Shown here: one piece after another, positions 63,201 through 64,000 of the stretch
How positions within the stretch are numbered: the stretch's first letter is position 1
How the letters are laid out: every line of letters starts with the position of its first letter
NCBI GenBank assembly: GCA_963761455.1
Contig: CAVXHA010000003.1
Location: 958,036-1,022,035, forward strand
Source: an uncultured Planctomycetota bacterium
GTDB taxonomy: Bacteria > Planctomycetota > Planctomycetia > Planctomycetales > Planctomycetaceae
DNA: 64,000 nucleotides
Reading direction: 5' to 3'
Translations under genes and position numbers: made by a program
The notes under the pieces: generated by a model
Told to the model about the DNA's origin: nothing
Databases searched by the model: none
The model's input: only the letters and a program-made list of their open reading frames with translations

Positions 63201-64000
63201 CGAGGCCGACCTCGACCGTTTGGCGTCGTTGAAGGAATTGCGAACACTGATCTTTGCCTCATCGGCACTCACCGACGACGTCTTCAGCGCGATTGAAGGG
63301 GCTCACGAAGCTCGACGCGCTCGGATTGGAGGGCTCGAGCATCACCGATGCGGGCCTCACCTCCCTCCTGGGCATGACGGAATTGACGTATTTGGATCTC
63401 GATTCGACCGCCATCACGGATGCGGGATTGAAGGAGATCGCCAAGCTCAAGTCGTTGAATGATCTGAGTCTCGTCTCGGAAGGCGAGCGGAGCGGCCGGA
63501 TTCAGAGAACCCATCCCTCTCTTCGACTTGGCCAAACGCGCACCACGGTGAACGGCATCGACGAGCTGCAGCGGGCGCTTCCCAACTGCATCGTTTTCGC
63601 ATCGCACCTGCCCGATTTTTCGCCGGCCCCTCCCGCGCCGGGCCGCTCGGATCGTGATTGGGCCCAATGGCTGCTCCCGCCGAATCAGGGCTCCGGGAAG
63701 CACGTCTTCACCGACCTTGATCCGGAGACTGCCATTAGTTCCTTCGAGGAATTGCCTCCCGTCGATTTCCACATCGTGCAGGTCAACTTCGACCTGAATC
63801 TCATCTCGGAAACCATGCTGCGGCGGATGGCCGGCCTGGCAAAGCTCAGGGGGCTTTATTTCAAGCACCTGCCGACGTCCGCGTTTGCCGGCCTGGGCGA
63901 CCTCAAGCAGCTCGAGCACCTGTGGATCGAGGAAACCGACGCGACCGACGACGCGCTGCAAGTCCTCGGCAACCTGACCCGGCTCAAATTGCTGAAGCTG
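60235..64000 (+). CDS. Ser/Thr kinase, TM helix, MdtA/AcrA-type periplasmic adaptor (MFP) and leucine-rich-repeat region. The 3' end lies outside the window. Frame switches occur only after about 63300.
   Basis: One uninterrupted frame from 60235 to about 63300. Kinase: GGMGLVFKA, VALKLL, HRDVKPANLIL, DMGLV, GTVAYMSPEQ. TM: FRIAAAVTALAAALLGSIYLAVIVI (about 61610-61700). MFP (about 61885-62880) is colinear by eye with E. coli MdtA: [114 protein letters not shown]. LRR-like LTKLDALGLEGSSITDAGLTSLLGMTELTYLDLDSTAITDAGLKEIAKLKSL.. continues to the window end. Confidence 0.85.

Overview
High-GC bacterial chromosome segment whose gene content looks like Planctomycetota: many Cys-type sulfatases, Ser/Thr kinases with FGE or DUF1080 domains, a PF07638-type ECF sigma factor, and REP-like palindromes. 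I recognise about 44 protein genes and no rRNA, tRNA, CRISPR array or clear mobile element.

Gene order from left to right:
- MacA/MacB-type ABC efflux operon (1-4125)
- sulfatase
- two-component cluster (triple-REC protein, CheY-like protein, REC-histidine kinase)
- CaMKII-hub-like NTF2 protein
- esterase fused to a large unknown domain
- LbH-ACP-FkbH-GNAT megafusion
- Ser/Thr kinase
- large unknown membrane-anchored protein
- uvrD/pcrA and xerD
- two tandem exported pcm paralogs
- glycan-utilisation-like block (xylF-xylH, cyclase, Gfo/Idh/MocA oxidoreductase, Tat-exported glycosidase-like protein, sulfatases)
- kinase-TIR-FGE fusion
- DUF2293 protein, GT2 glycosyltransferase, GH106-like hydrolase
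- nadB, SDR, transglutaminase-like protein, redoxin lipoprotein
- kinase-DUF1080 fusion followed by a standalone DUF1080 protein
- efflux-like cluster (52.6-64 kb)

The efflux-like cluster is the most unusual locus. It holds one HlyD adaptor and three tandem TolC-like paralogs on the minus strand. Divergent from them are an ECF sigma factor and a Ser/Thr kinase fused, through one TM helix, to a complete MdtA-type periplasmic adaptor and LRR modules. No inner-membrane pump is present in the window.

Caveat: about 25 of the 44 genes, including housekeeping uvrD, xerD and nadB, can only be read by switching frame one or more times, and these breaks are patchy along the window. Coordinates for those genes are stitched envelopes, and their starts and ends are approximate. 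All domain calls come from motif recognition by eye, not from database searches.
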